A DNA stretch of 63,861 bases, filler included, from Polymyxa betae A26-41 (Eukaryota; Protista; Endomyxa: Phytomyxea), in NCBI GenBank assembly GCA_003693705.1. It is 6 parts of 6 records of this genome, joined end to end, with 100 filler letters (N's around TTAATTAATTAA, not from the genome) between each part and the next. Parts side by side here need not be neighbours in the genome. Positions count along the whole stretch, not along the records: positions 42,962 to 55,316 come from RBZT01000516.1; positions 55,417 to 60,916 come from RBZT01000919.1; positions 61,017 to 63,861 come from RBZT01000207.1; 3 more parts are not named here. One strand, given 5' to 3'. Made by a program: the position numbers and the translations under genes. Position 1 is the stretch's first letter; each line of letters begins with the position of its first letter. This document shows, in pieces, positions 49,901-61,635 of this stretch. A model generated the notes under the pieces. That model did not search any database, was not told the DNA's origin, and saw nothing but the letters and a program-made list of their open reading frames with translations.

Positions 49901-50467
49901 CGAGAAGTTGAAGAGTGCGATAGCAAGTCGTACTAAGCAGGCATATCCAAGAGAAGACATGATACAATGTATGTTTACTGATGCTAATGAATACAACACA
50001 TCCGGAATGGTTACTCAAATTCCGGTAGAAGACTTGGGCAAACCAGTTCAGGCTCAGAGGCACGAGCCCTTAGGGTTCGTATTGCACAGATTCAATGGGA
50101 CCGAGATAAACTGGTCTGTAGCCGAAAAGAAGGCTTTGCAATAAAAGACACAATGCAGAAATTGGAATATTTGTTACAAATGAAGAAGCCATTTAAACTG
50201 TTTTGTGATCATAAGAATCTTATACAGATTTTTCCCCGCAACTGGTAACGAAGCCGACAGCGCAGAAATTGCAAAGATGGGCTCTGGAGATGCAGAGATT
50301 TCGCTATGATATTGAACACATCAAAGGCGAAGATTATCACTGGGCAGACCTTATGACGAGATGGGGAGCCAGTCAGATCCATGAAGAACAAATAAAAGCC
50401 GCCAGAAGAGCGAAACGCCTTCAGATTCCCGATGAAGATTGTGCGCACAGACGAGTAGATTGCCACA
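46978..50467 (+). mobile_element. Nested Ty3/gypsy element (5' LTR 46978-47128, gag-PR-RT-RH); integrase and nearly all of the 3' LTR deleted
   Basis: TG...CA ends with GAGC duplicated on both sides. Removing it restores host RT ILE-RLEKHALYVKLSK. Motifs CYGCEKIGHPVFMC, LDAFKGFW, VWIDDLL, FTDA. Confidence 0.88.
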
Positions 50468-51665
50468 GAGCGCCTAGAAAAGCATGCGCTCTATGTCAAA
50501 CTCTCGAAAACATTTTTTGTTTACCGGAACTGTTGATTTCCTCGGCCACATTCTTAGTACATCTGGCATCTCACCAGCCGAATCAAAATGTTCTTCCATT
50601 CAACGCTGGCCCGCACCTAGCAGTCGAAAACATTGCGGACAATTCTTAGGGCTTACAGGTTTTTATCGTCGTTATATACCAAATTATGCTAGCATCGCAT
50701 ATCCATTAACTGACCTTCTGACAAAAGGGACTACATTTGTCTGGATGCCTGCAGCCGACGCCGCGTTTCGGAATCTGAAACAAAAATCAATGTCTCCACC
50801 CATTTTGCGACTAGTCGATACTTCACTTCCTTTCCGAATTGAATGCGATACATAGGGTCATGCCACCGGAGTCGTTCTTCTCCAACCACATCAAAACGCT
50901 TGGCTTCCCGTTGCTTAACGTCCCGAAAACTAACACCTCCAGAAACTCGATATCCAGTCCATGAAATGGAACTGCTAGGTCAGTTAACCGCTCTTAAAAC
51001 CTGGAGACATCTTTTATATGGAAGCGAGTTTACGTCATATACTGACCATAACTCATTAGTACGTTTTATGACTCAGAAGACCTTATCAGCTCGGCAAGCT
51101 CGATGGCTCGACTATTTTGCTGATGTTTACTTAAAGATTGTTTACAAGCCAGGTATGAAAATGGTTGTTGCGGATTCTCTTAGCCGACGCCCTGATCTTC
51201 AATCAATCGCCTTACACTCGATTATAATGCGACCAGTCTTACCTTTGTTAGAGCAAATACGGGGCCTGTACTCAGACGATGCAGACTTCGGCCGCTTCTT
51301 CGACACATGACAATCGCAAAAGCCTGATAAGGCCTCCCAATACAGCATCCGCGACGGCTTGCCTTTCTTCGATGATCGCTTATGTATTCCTCGGTCTCAG
51401 TCGATAAGACAGACATTACTTTCTGAGTATCACGACTCGTCATCAAACTACTGGCCATCTCTTCACGCCGATTGTCGTAAATTCTGTCAGTCCTGCGACA
51501 CTTGCCAACGCAACAAAACATCAACACAGAAACCATCAGATTTACTTCAACCACTCCAAATCCCTACGCAACGATGGCTTTCTGTCTATATGGACTTTAT
51601 CACGTCGTTGCCGAACGCAGCAAATTTCGAATCTTTATTTGCTGTTGTCGACCGTCTATCTATAA

Positions 51666-52761
51666 CCCTGATTCTGCGTAGCCGGCATAATATGCTGGCT
51701 ACGGGGTTTTTGGCGTAAAATGATTTCGCCTCTTAGCCGGCATAATATGCCGGCTAAGATGCTCTTTTTTGCCTGATTTCAAATCAAATTATCGGTGTTT
51801 GTATCAGAAAAAGAACAGGTCTGTCTCGATTAATCTTTTTTGTAATTACATCCAAACGTCACGCAGTTTTGGTTTTACGCCACTACAAATGTGTGAAGAC
51901 TTCCATGTAACGTAACAGCTAGTAGCAGAAACTGATACTTAGGATCGCTTCTTCTACCTCCTTTTTCTGCCATTCGTCGTGCTCTTGGCAGCCGATTATC
52001 AGCGCTCAATCAATGGCTATGCTAGGGGAATTTATTGACAATCACAATGACATTCATACCGATGATGGCGACCGGAGTTTCCTGTCTCCTGAACAGTTAG
52101 AGGTATTTATCCTAAGGCTCCATCTTTTCTGCCGTTTTGGAAGGACGACAAGGAAGCAGTAATGTATCTGGCACCGAACTTGTCCAGTTCGTCAAGACGC
52201 TTGTGTACGTCCCTCTCCATTTATGGACAACACCTACGAAGTTCTTTAGGAACTAGCTTGTGATTATTGCTTTATTTTTAAATAAATAAAATTATTTTGA
52301 CAGCGGATGAGCGTCTCTGTGGCAGGATTAGGTGTCGGGGTCAAGGGTGTAGGGTTTAGGGTTTTGAACAAGAACAAGACGATTGGAAAGAATGATCGAC
52401 CAGTGCGCGATATCGGAGCTCGAGGACGTAGAGGCCGACACAGATCTTTCGGTTGGACGTTTGTCACCCATGAGCCAGCTCTTCATTCCCGACAGCGTTC
52501 TCGTAGGTCAGCACAATCATAACCGGCATGCCGGTTATGACTTTTGTATGAGGCCACGGACACGCCTAACTCGCAATTTTCGAGTGGCATTTTTCTTGCT
52601 GGAAATGCATTTCAAAAATCCATTTTTTTATGATTGTGCACCTCGCGTTATGCAGAAGCGATCTTCATTGTTTTTTTTGCGAAATTTAGCCCCCAAACAC
52701 AATCCCAGCACCTAGAAATCCTAGCCGGCATATTAAGCCGGCTATGGAGTGCGTATCAGGG
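51666..52761. mobile_element. piggyBac-like non-autonomous element with ATAA TSD
   Basis: CCCTGAT...ATCAGGG termini, ATAA on both flanks, subterminal palindromes of the TAGCCGGCATAATATGCCGGCTA type at both ends. Excision restores integrase VDRLSIMAHIIP. Confidence 0.8.
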
Positions 52762-53965
52762 ATAATGGCTCACATTATCCCCACAAATTCCAGAGCTACC
52801 GCTAGAGAAACGGCAACATTATTCTTTACTCACATTTTTCGACTCCACGGGATTCCAGAGGAAATCGTTTCCGATCGTGTATCGAAATTCACCAGCAAAT
52901 TTTGGTCTGAACTTTTTAAATTGTTAGGTACCACATTACGCCTGTCGACCAGTCATCATCAGCAGTCAGACGGTCAAACAGAACGCACCATTCGTGTTAT
53001 TAATCAATTAATTCGATGTTGTGTTAATCGGTTCCAGACAGATTGGATCCGTCATCTTCCAGCTTTAGAATTCGCCTATAACTCCAATGTATCATCTTCG
53101 ACATCATATTCTCTCTTCTCCTTGCCTGTGGTTATAATCCTCGAACACCAGTCGCATTGTTAGCTCCTGAACAAGCACCGGAATCATTGGACGATTTTAC
53201 CACAGAAACCCAGGTCTCGCTTCAGCACGCGCGCGATACCCTCCATCAGACTCAGGAATCGCAACGTCTGTATGCCGACCGTAAGCGTGGCAATGTTCAA
53301 TTCGAAATTGACGACCTTGTTCTGCTTTCAACACAGCATATTCTTCCTGATAACTTAGCGCAGAGGAAACGAAAACTTCAGCCCGCATTCGTCGGTCCTT
53401 TTAAGGTCGTTGAAAAAATTGGTTCGCTCAATTACAGATTACTATTACCAAAAAGACCTTCGTATTCACGATGTATTTCATATCTCTCAGCTTAAACGCT
53501 ATATTGATCCTATTACCGATGGCATTCGCTCTGAATTATCTCTACCAAAAACCATTTTCCAACATGGCGATCACGACTATTACAGTGTAGACCGTATCTT
53601 AGCTCATCGACGCGGACGCGGCCATGATCAGTATCTGGTTCCCTGGAACGGTTATGATTCCCGTTATAACAGCTGGGAGCCACGTTTTAACATTCCCAAC
53701 TCTTTTTTATGCGCGAGCCTGCACAGTCTCCGACGGGGGTGTAACATTATTACACTTACTTCATTATTTATTGTATTATTTTTCAAATATTATTTAACTT
53801 TTCAGGTACAGCAGTTCGATCCCGATACTGTTCTTAGTACTGTTGATCAAATAAAGGAACACGGCTTACTCTTGTTGTAAACTATCTTCGCCTCTCTCGG
53901 ACTGTCTGCGCTCTTCAATCGCCAGTTCAGCTTCTTTCCTGGGCTGAACTTAAAGGATTCGGACG

Positions 53966-55058
53966 TAGTTGGCCATCATATAAAAATATATCCCCAGCGA
54001 CCTAGTCCGGCTGAGTAGAAATGGCTTGAACAGTTTAAACTGGACAAACAGAATTTTAAAAATATAGCAAAAGCTGATTCTCATATTATCCTTGCTGGAA
54101 TTTTAGATAGTTCTCATACAAAGACTGGAACTATCACAGTTAGTTTAGCCAATTTTAAATTGACACGTAAAGCCATTCTAGATAGCGGCGCTGATGTTAC
54201 TACAATTTCAGGAAGATTGTGTAATAAACTCCATGTTTTATTACCACAGATGATTGTGAATCCTTCAAAGGACATCATAACTCTTGAAATGCCTAACGGT
54301 TATATGACAACGATTACACAGTCAGTTGACATTGATATTTTGTTGAAAACCAAAATGGGTAAACTTCTTGTACAAAAACAGCGTAGTTTAATATGGGACA
54401 ATCTGAATGAGGATCAATTGCTAGGCAATGATCTATTGACTTCCTTGGGATTTAATCCAAAAACTGCCTTTGATTCTATAATCGCATCTCATACTAGGGG
54501 CGGCAAATTACATATATGTCCAAGTATCTCCTGATATTGGACAAGATGCACAGGCAGAAGTCCATTCTTGTTTGCTAAAGTACGAGAGGCATGTTCTAAG
54601 GGCATGTCATAGAATTATGAGAATCAATTGCTGGAGCTTTTATAGCTTCGAGAAAATGCTTTTCGAATAAAGCTAGGGCCTGAACGCCTGATGCACCAGC
54701 ATCTGTTACTTCGTTAAGGACACATTTGCAACCTGGTTCCAACGCAATTCGTTGCAAAGCTCGCCAATATACTAAAAGAGCAGAGTGATTTCTTGAAAGA
54801 GTTCACAGACTCACTTCTGAAATATGGACTTATATACGAGAATTATAATGCAGGTTGGGCAAGTCTTGTTCAAGTTGTAAAAATGAAGAAGGGATTCAGG
54901 ATCGCAGTAATTCTTCGAGCTGCTAACGCTCTATGTGAATCTACTGCATGGCCAATCCCTATTCTTGAATCAATAGTTCAATGTTTATCGGAATCAAAAT
55001 TTTGGTTCATACTTGTTGCTTTTAAAGGCTTTTGGATTTTGTCTTTAGATGAAAAGAG
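53966..55058 (+). mobile_element. Degenerate Ty3/gypsy protease-RT fragment
   Basis: AILDSGADVT, LLGNDLL, YGLIYEN, AFKGFW. Same lineage as 46978-50467. Confidence 0.8.
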
Positions 55059-55316
55059 TGTATCAGATTTATTAAAAATTACATAAAACTTCTGATTTTC
55101 CCAAAAATAGCGTACGCAGTTTGATGGAACTGCGTCCGCAATAAGACTCGAAGACTGACGCATAAATCTGATGCGTATTAAAGATGCGAACATTGATGAA
55201 GTATGAAGACCTACTCTAATAATATTGGGCTCGACTCCCAGAGGTCCGTACGGACACCGTACGGACTGAGCTGAATGAAGCTGGGACTCGAGCTGGAAAT
55301 AAAACAGAATTGATTA
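55059..55316 (+). mobile_element. LTR homologous to 19227-19490, inserted in the RT above and cut by the scaffold end
   Basis: Collinear match TGTATCAGATTTATTAAAAA...CGCATAAATCTGATGCGTA...GAGCTGGAAATAAAACA. Confidence 0.85.
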
Positions 55317-55416
55317 NNNNNNNNNNNNNNNNNNNNNNNNNNNNNNNNNNNNNNNNNNNNTTAATTAATTAANNNNNNNNNNNNNNNNNNNNNNNNNNNN
55401 NNNNNNNNNNNNNNNN
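55317..55416. other. Artificial scaffold linker
   Basis: N-run with central TTAATTAATTAA. Confidence 0.97.
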
Positions 55417-55682
55417 TAGTGTATTAAAATTTCGATTGGAAATTTTTTGGAGGCCCCAATACACCAGGTGTGTTTCCCCATACTAAAACTGTCGGTTTAA
55501 GATTGCCGCAACTGTACTCAAAAGAAGTTTCTTTAGAGTTGTGTGAACAACTGACGCACTTGATGAAGAAAGGCCGTTTCCAAGTCCGTCAGTGTGCATC
55601 GGTGTGAGTGAGATCGTCGCCCCCGCACCCACTATACCCAACTCCCTTCCACTTTCCCATCACTTTCTCCAAACACATCATC

Positions 55683-56219
55683 ATGGTCGTACACGCCATC
55701 CACATGCACGATCCGGCCGGACTCCGTGTCACGGCCTGGATCTCGGTCATCTTCGGCGGCATCCTGCTGCTCTCCGGACTTCTCTCCTTCGTCGGCAGCG
55801 ATCACCTCCAGATCGACGACGACATCTACGTGGACGCTCTCACCCGCTGCTACGGGATCTTCTGCGGCATAATCTCCATCTGGTTCTTCGTACTGGCCCG
55901 ACGCGCGTGGCGATCGCGCTCTTCGCACGCCGCCCGCAAAACGAAACAGATGGCGATATTTATCTGCGTGGCGTCAATTCTGTCGTTCCCGATCGGATTG
56001 ATTTTCTGGCTGTTCGCGGTGCATTATGCGAAGAAGGCCGAGAACAGGTTCGCGGCCGAGACGACGGCGCAGACGGCGGATCCGGCGGCGGTGACGGCCG
56101 TCGCCATGCCGTACGGCGTGAATGCGCACCAGGTCCCGCCCTATGGGCATCCGATGAATACAAGTCAGCCGGCGACCACGCAGATGCCGTACGGACGACC
56201 CGGCAATGCCAAAATCTAA
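55683..56219 (+). CDS. Small multi-pass membrane protein (~3 TM) with Pro/Tyr-rich C-terminal tail
   Basis: GC3-rich 178-codon ORF with three hydrophobic segments and tail MPYG...VPPYG...MPYG. AATAAA downstream. Confidence 0.7.
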   Translation: MVVHAIHMHDPAGLRVTAWISVIFGGILLLSGLLSFVGSDHLQIDDDIYVDALTRCYGIFCGIISIWFFVLARRAWRSRSSHAARKTKQMAIFICVASILSFPIGLIFWLFAVHYAKKAENRFAAETTAQTADPAAVTAVAMPYGVNAHQVPPYGHPMNTSQPATTQMPYGRPGNAKI

Positions 56220-57715
56220 TCACTGCTTCAGCTCGTAAAAGTTTAATAAATGGAATGATTGTTTATTGATATTAAATACAGATGTTGGTTGAGTGAATTG
56301 CTGATTGTATGGTAAATTTATAGCTTGAAGGATGAGATTATTGTTGGGAGAGCTTTAATGTAGACAGGCGTCTGATTATGGGAAGTTCTGTAAGCGGGTT
56401 TGCCTCTAGGGTTTAGGGTTTCGTCGGTGATTCAATCTATTCCAACGAATTCAGGTCGAGCTGGACAATCTGCCTGTAATGCAGCGCCATCAGAAATCAC
56501 TCTGTATTCAACGTCGTGGGTCGTACTGGCCCTTCGCTGCTCCAAGTGAATGATGTAGCTTGACATGGAATGTTGTGATCTTGCTGGTTAACCGGAATTG
56601 ACGCCTAAGTGATTGAATGATTTGGAGTCAGGTTTAGGGTTTGCGGATACCCTGATTGCATCCCCCATAGTAGAACCCTCATTAAATGACACCGTCCCAA
56701 TCGAAACTATCATCAACGTCCTTCGTGGAAGTCGATTGAATTCATCATGGTGGAAGTTGATCTCCAATCCTGAAACTGTGCTTTTAGGCTGCCATCCACC
56801 ACAGTATATTCCGTCAATTCGCTCACAGCCAGCACATACCGTTAAACTTAACGAAAAGATGACACACGTATTTTACTGGAAATGCGATCGCTGATTCCAA
56901 CGAGGCTTTTTTATGACGAATATGCTGGGAAGAATGTAAAGTGAATTTTCTTTAATTTGATCTAAAAATTCGTTTCTCAGTTTAGAGAATGTCGATATTG
57001 AAAATGTGTGTAGCTGGGAGTGATCCCGGCAACTGTTAACGACTGTCATTCAGTCCATACCAATTAGCAGACACCGCAAATCAATGGGGCTTTTCAGTCA
57101 CTTTCCAGTCTGATAATAAGCTGACAAAACCACATGGTTTTTAAAACTATCAATGAATATTGGGCCGTGATCTGTGTCAAATCGAGCAATGATATTGTAT
57201 CAGTGATCCGATTGCATTGATTGAGATGCAACAGTGGCAACAAGCTGCACAGGACAGCGCGGGATCCAGCAAGCGGGCTAGCACGATCCCAGGCAACGCC
57301 TCATGAGATCGGCTCCCGGACTCAAGTTGGAGGAAGTTGGCTTTATCAAAGACGTGTGCTGCTTTGATTTGGAGCTGCGTTACTTGAAAGGCTGGCTTCA
57401 AGTATTGTTGTGGTTATCTGCGCTTGTTCGGATAAAGAACGAAGCTGAGCGAGAGCTGAATGTGACGATGGGATCGATTTGCACGGGGTTCGCTCACAGC
57501 TTGAAGCAGAACCGAGGTCCAAGTTCTCATACTACAAACTGATCCGTTTTGCGTCTATCAAGATTTCAATGGCGGATATGAGAGATGCGGCGGGATTCGC
57601 TGCCCGATTCTTGGCATGTTTTTGGGCTATTCATAGGTAGGTGTTTGTGAAATGCAGCATTGTTTTATCTCACTCAGCACATGATCAGGTGCAAAAGAAA
57701 CGCGCACAAAAGTAA

Positions 57716-57800
57716 TACCACCGATGAGGTTCGAACTCACGCGCAGCTTTCGCCGCAGAAGTGCTTAAGACTCCCGCCTTAACCACTCGGCCACAGTGGC
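57716..57800 (-). tRNA. tRNA-Leu(UAA)
   Basis: GCCACTG/CGGTGGT acceptor stem, TGGCCGAGTGGTTAAGGC D-arm, GGAGT-CTTAAGC-ACTTC anticodon arm, long variable arm, GTTCGAAC, downstream TTTT. Confidence 0.93.
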
Positions 57801-57811
57801 AACTCCTGACT

Positions 57812-60800
57812 TGTTAGCCAGAACAGCCTGGTCACGCTAGTGTGCCCTGCTTCCGGCGGAAGTGACGTCAACAAGATTCTCATCCAAGATGAGTGAATCC
57901 TCCATCAGCTTTCTACGATCTGATACTTTACAAATAATACAATTCCACTTCTTTAGTGATATCAATACTCTCACATCTATCTCTCCTCTCTTTAGAATCT
58001 ACGCCGCCTAACAGATTAAGAGTCCCAGCGCTCTCGTGCATCAACATGACTGTAGCTACGCGTCAAGGAGCATGACAGGAAGACATGCAAGCCGAGCTTC
58101 CGAGCAACCGGAGAGCGAGCAGGAACGTAAGCCGGACTTTAAGCCGAAACGTAAACCAACGCCGATCTCCACATTGGCTTGAACAAGAAGTCGACCTTTC
58201 AAGATACAACTCCGGCCTGAAATTGATCCCGGAATTCAACGGCAAGAATTGGGACGTGTTCAAACGAAAGTTAGAAACACAGTTCACAATAATGGGCCTG
58301 GAGTCATACCTCGAACATCCACCGATTCGAGAAAATGCTTGGGAAATTCGTAACGACAAGTTGGCCGCAGCGCAAATACATATGCGACTACCCCAGGCGC
58401 AATACAAGCAAGTTTCAACATGTTCAACGCCCTGTGAGATCTGGTCAAAACTCAGCGAGATTTACGAACAAACTGCGGAATCTAAGGCTGCAAACCTTTT
58501 CATCCAGTTCATACACTTTCAAAAGAAATCACCACAGTCGATGAAGGCGTATCTTGACAAGCTGGTGGAAATGTATCATGATCTCCGGGTGTACAACATC
58601 GATATTACAGAGCTTGCATTATGCGCCAAGGCTCTAGATGGACTTCCTGATACGTACGCGCAAATCAAAGCAGCAGCACGCGCATCTCAAGTGGCTACAA
58701 TACCAACACTGACGAACATACTGTTGTCTGCGGAGCGCGAAGATGATGCGAACAAAAAGACACCTGAGGTGGACATTAAGACTCTGAATACGGAAATCAA
58801 GTCTTTGAACACACAGCTGAAACGTTACAAGAAACGTAAATGCAACAAGTGTAAGAAAAACGGGCACACCAATGAAACATGCTGGATTTTACATCCTGAA
58901 CTCAAGAAAGAGAAGAAAAAGGAGAACAACAAGGCAGAAACAAACACAACGACCGCACCATCAAGACGAGTGGACTCTGACGATTTCACCGGGTTTCATA
59001 CAACTTCGGCGTGTCAAGATCGCGACTACGAGTACCTAATCGACAGCGGCGCAAACGTCAGCATGACGAACGATATGAATATTCTGTACGATTACCGAGA
59101 ATTCTCCACTCCGACTGCAGTTATCAGCAGCAACGGCGAAAGATCGCCCGCATACGGATCAGGTAAAGTGAAAATTAATGCGAACATTCCCATTGTTATT
59201 AGGAACGTACTTTATGCGCCTGGAATCACCAAAACATTACTGGCGACGAAGTCTTTCACTGAGAGGGGACTAACCATCGTTATCGACGACCAGCTAACTA
59301 TACAGGACAGAAACGGGAGCGTGATCATCACGGCAACGGAGCGAAACGGCTTGTTTTACATTACCGGAAATCCCGAACCTGAAACAAACATGAACATCAG
59401 CCTACTGCAAGCACACAAACGCTTTGGACATGCCTCAGCAGAGCGACTGAAACATACACCGGCATCAACAACCGGAATCCAGATTGAGGACGATTCGCCG
59501 TACTTTTGCGACATCTGCGCACTAGGCAAGCAACGGCGTCAACCATTCCCGAAGGAGCGGCAAACGAAACCGACCAGAATCTTCGAAATCGTATCTTCAG
59601 ACCTGAAAGGGCCAATCTTAGTGCCTAGCAAAGAAGGATACCGCTACTATATCACATTTAACTGCCTTTACTCTAGATGGTGTTGGATCACATTCTTGAA
59701 GCACAAAACGGCAGAAGAAGTTCTCGATGCAACAAAACGATTCATCACAGACGCACAATCCGACACAAACCTACGAATGGTGACATTTTTAACGGATAAT
59801 GGTGCTGAATTTGTGAATAGGGAAATGAGTATGTACCTTTTACAGAAGAACATCAAACATTTGCGAGCCGTGCCGTACAGCCCGCAACAGAACGGACTAG
59901 CAGAGCGCCGGAACCAGACGATCATGTCTATGGCCCGATGTATCCTCATCGAATCGAACCTGTCATACGATTATTGGCCATTCGCAGTACGATACACTGT
60001 ATATACCTTAAACCGGTTACCAACGCGAAGCATCAACTGGAAAACCCCCTATGAAATTTGGATGCAACGACAACCTGAAGTTGGACACATGCGACCATTT
60101 GGATGCATTGCATACGCACACATTGACCAATCGCAGAGAACATCCATCGAACCGACGTCGACACGCTGCACATTTCTCGGATACCCGCAATACCAGAAAG
60201 GATACGTGCTTGAACGTGAAAATGACAAGAGAATCATAATACGACGCGATGTAACGTTTGACGAATCAACAATCAGGCGAGAAACTACAGAAACCTGTGA
60301 TCAACGAAATGACGATCCTCTTGAAACGATCGACGAACAGGTATTTGAAATGAACATGCAGCAAACAAAACCGAAGTTTCCGAGAACATATCAAGAAGCA
60401 CTACAAACAGATGAACGAGAAAACTGGAAAGAAGCAGCTCTCAAAGAAATAGAAGCTCACAAAGAAAATCAAACGTGGACACTGGTTAACTTACCGAAGA
60501 ACGCCAAACCGATCAAAGGACGCTGGATCTTCACGAAGAAACTGAATATCGAAGGCAACGAAATCTACAAAGCCAGATTCGTGGCGAAAGGATACTCCCA
60601 GTTGTACGGCATCGACTACCACGAAACATATTCATCAGTACTCGCACAAGCATCTTTACGTTTGCTAATCTGTATTGCAGTTAGTCAGCAATGGAAAATT
60701 TACCAACGAGACTTCACAACAGCTTACCTGAACGCGCCACTTCTTACACCGATATATCTTCAACAGCCAGAAGGATTTGTTGAGCAGGGGAGCGAGAACA

Positions 60801-60916
60801 AGGTATGTCTACTCAACAAAGCCCTCTACGGACTCAAACAAGCCGGGCGAGCATGGCAACACTCTCTCTTCAGTTTAATCAAGCAGAACAGTTATCAACA
60901 ATCGCAAAAAGAACCC
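57812..60916 (+). mobile_element. Young Ty1/copia element: 5' LTR 57812-58013, PBS 58014-58034, intact gag-pol, truncated by the scaffold end
   Basis: TGTTAG...CTAACA LTR and an uninterrupted ORF in PR-IN-RT order. Confidence 0.93.
58085..60916 (+). CDS. Copia gag-pol polyprotein (partial)
   Basis: CNKCKKNGHTNETC, YLIDSGA, HKRFGH...CDICALGK, SDLKGP, TDNGAEF, PQQNGLAER, YKARFVAKG, LNKALYGLKQAGRAW. Confidence 0.93.
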
Positions 60917-61016
60917 NNNNNNNNNNNNNNNNNNNNNNNNNNNNNNNNNNNNNNNNNNNNTTAATTAATTAANNNNNNNNNNNNNNNNNNNNNNNNNNNN
61001 NNNNNNNNNNNNNNNN
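60917..61016. other. Artificial scaffold linker
   Basis: N-run with central TTAATTAATTAA. Confidence 0.97.
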
Positions 61017-61023
61017 CGGGCCT

Positions 61024-61196
61024 GCACGATAGGCAACGGCATTCCTACGCCTACGAGATGGGGTTGGGATCGTTGAGGGGCATGGTCGAGAGGGGGTGTC
61101 GGCGTGATAGGCGCCCATGACCCTCACAGATGGGATCGCTGCCGCGCGATCGCTCCAGCTTACAGTACGATCGCTTGATCGTACTCTTGTGCTTTT
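61024..61196 (+). ncRNA. Candidate structured RNA of unknown class
   Basis: Closing helix 61024-29/61187-92, several internal helices with G-U pairs on the + strand, followed by TTTT. Confidence 0.35.
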
Positions 61197-61555
61197 GTTG
61201 ATTAATACATTCATTCTTTTTAACCGATATTCTCGGTGAACCTGCGTTACTAATACTGAAATGGTAGCGGGCCAATTCTCCCTAAAACTCCAAAAAGCTC
61301 AGCCGCGAAGCGGCCGACTTTTGCCATCAATTCAAAAGGTCTCAGTACAAATAGCTTTAACGCACGGCAATATCCTGGTATCATCTACAGATGTTCGTTG
61401 AATCTTCATCATATTTAAATTGCAAATGGATCAGTCACCAATAGAGCTCAATCTAATCTGGGATCTTTTCGAGCCGCTAACGCAGCATAAGCGAAGGGAA
61501 CGATCAGGCGCTTACAGAATTTGACGACTCAGGGAACAAATGTTCACGTTACAAA

Positions 61556-61635
61556 TCAAAAAGAATACCGAGGGACGGATTCGAACCCAGGCGCGGTGTG
61601 GCCAATGGCAACGACAAACAAGCGGGGCCTCTGGC
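61556..61635 (-). other. tRNA-like 3' end / Pol III B-box element (tRNA relic or SINE)
   Basis: GGGTTCGAATCCGTCCCTCGGTA followed by TTCTTTTT. No foldable D or anticodon arm. Confidence 0.35.

Larger units (their letters stand above)
44427..53965 (+). mobile_element. Old chromoviral Ty3/gypsy element (LTRs 44427-44653 and 53740-53965) carrying two nested insertions
   Basis: Homologous but diverged LTRs. gag, protease (VETGAESDF), RT (LRLCLDYRALN, FTKLDLRNAFHQ, VMPFGMANAP), RNase H, integrase (GIPEEIVSDR, QSDGQTER, GPF), chromodomain (YSVDRILAHR...YLVPWNGY...NSWEP), PPT CGACGGGGG. Confidence 0.92.

Noticed and set aside
56405-56645. TTTAGGG telomere-like motifs (also about 52350) and CCCTAAAAC at about 61280 as a possible telomerase template
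   Set aside because: Only one or two units each. The putative template lies outside the folded RNA candidate, after its T-run, so it is compatible with chance.
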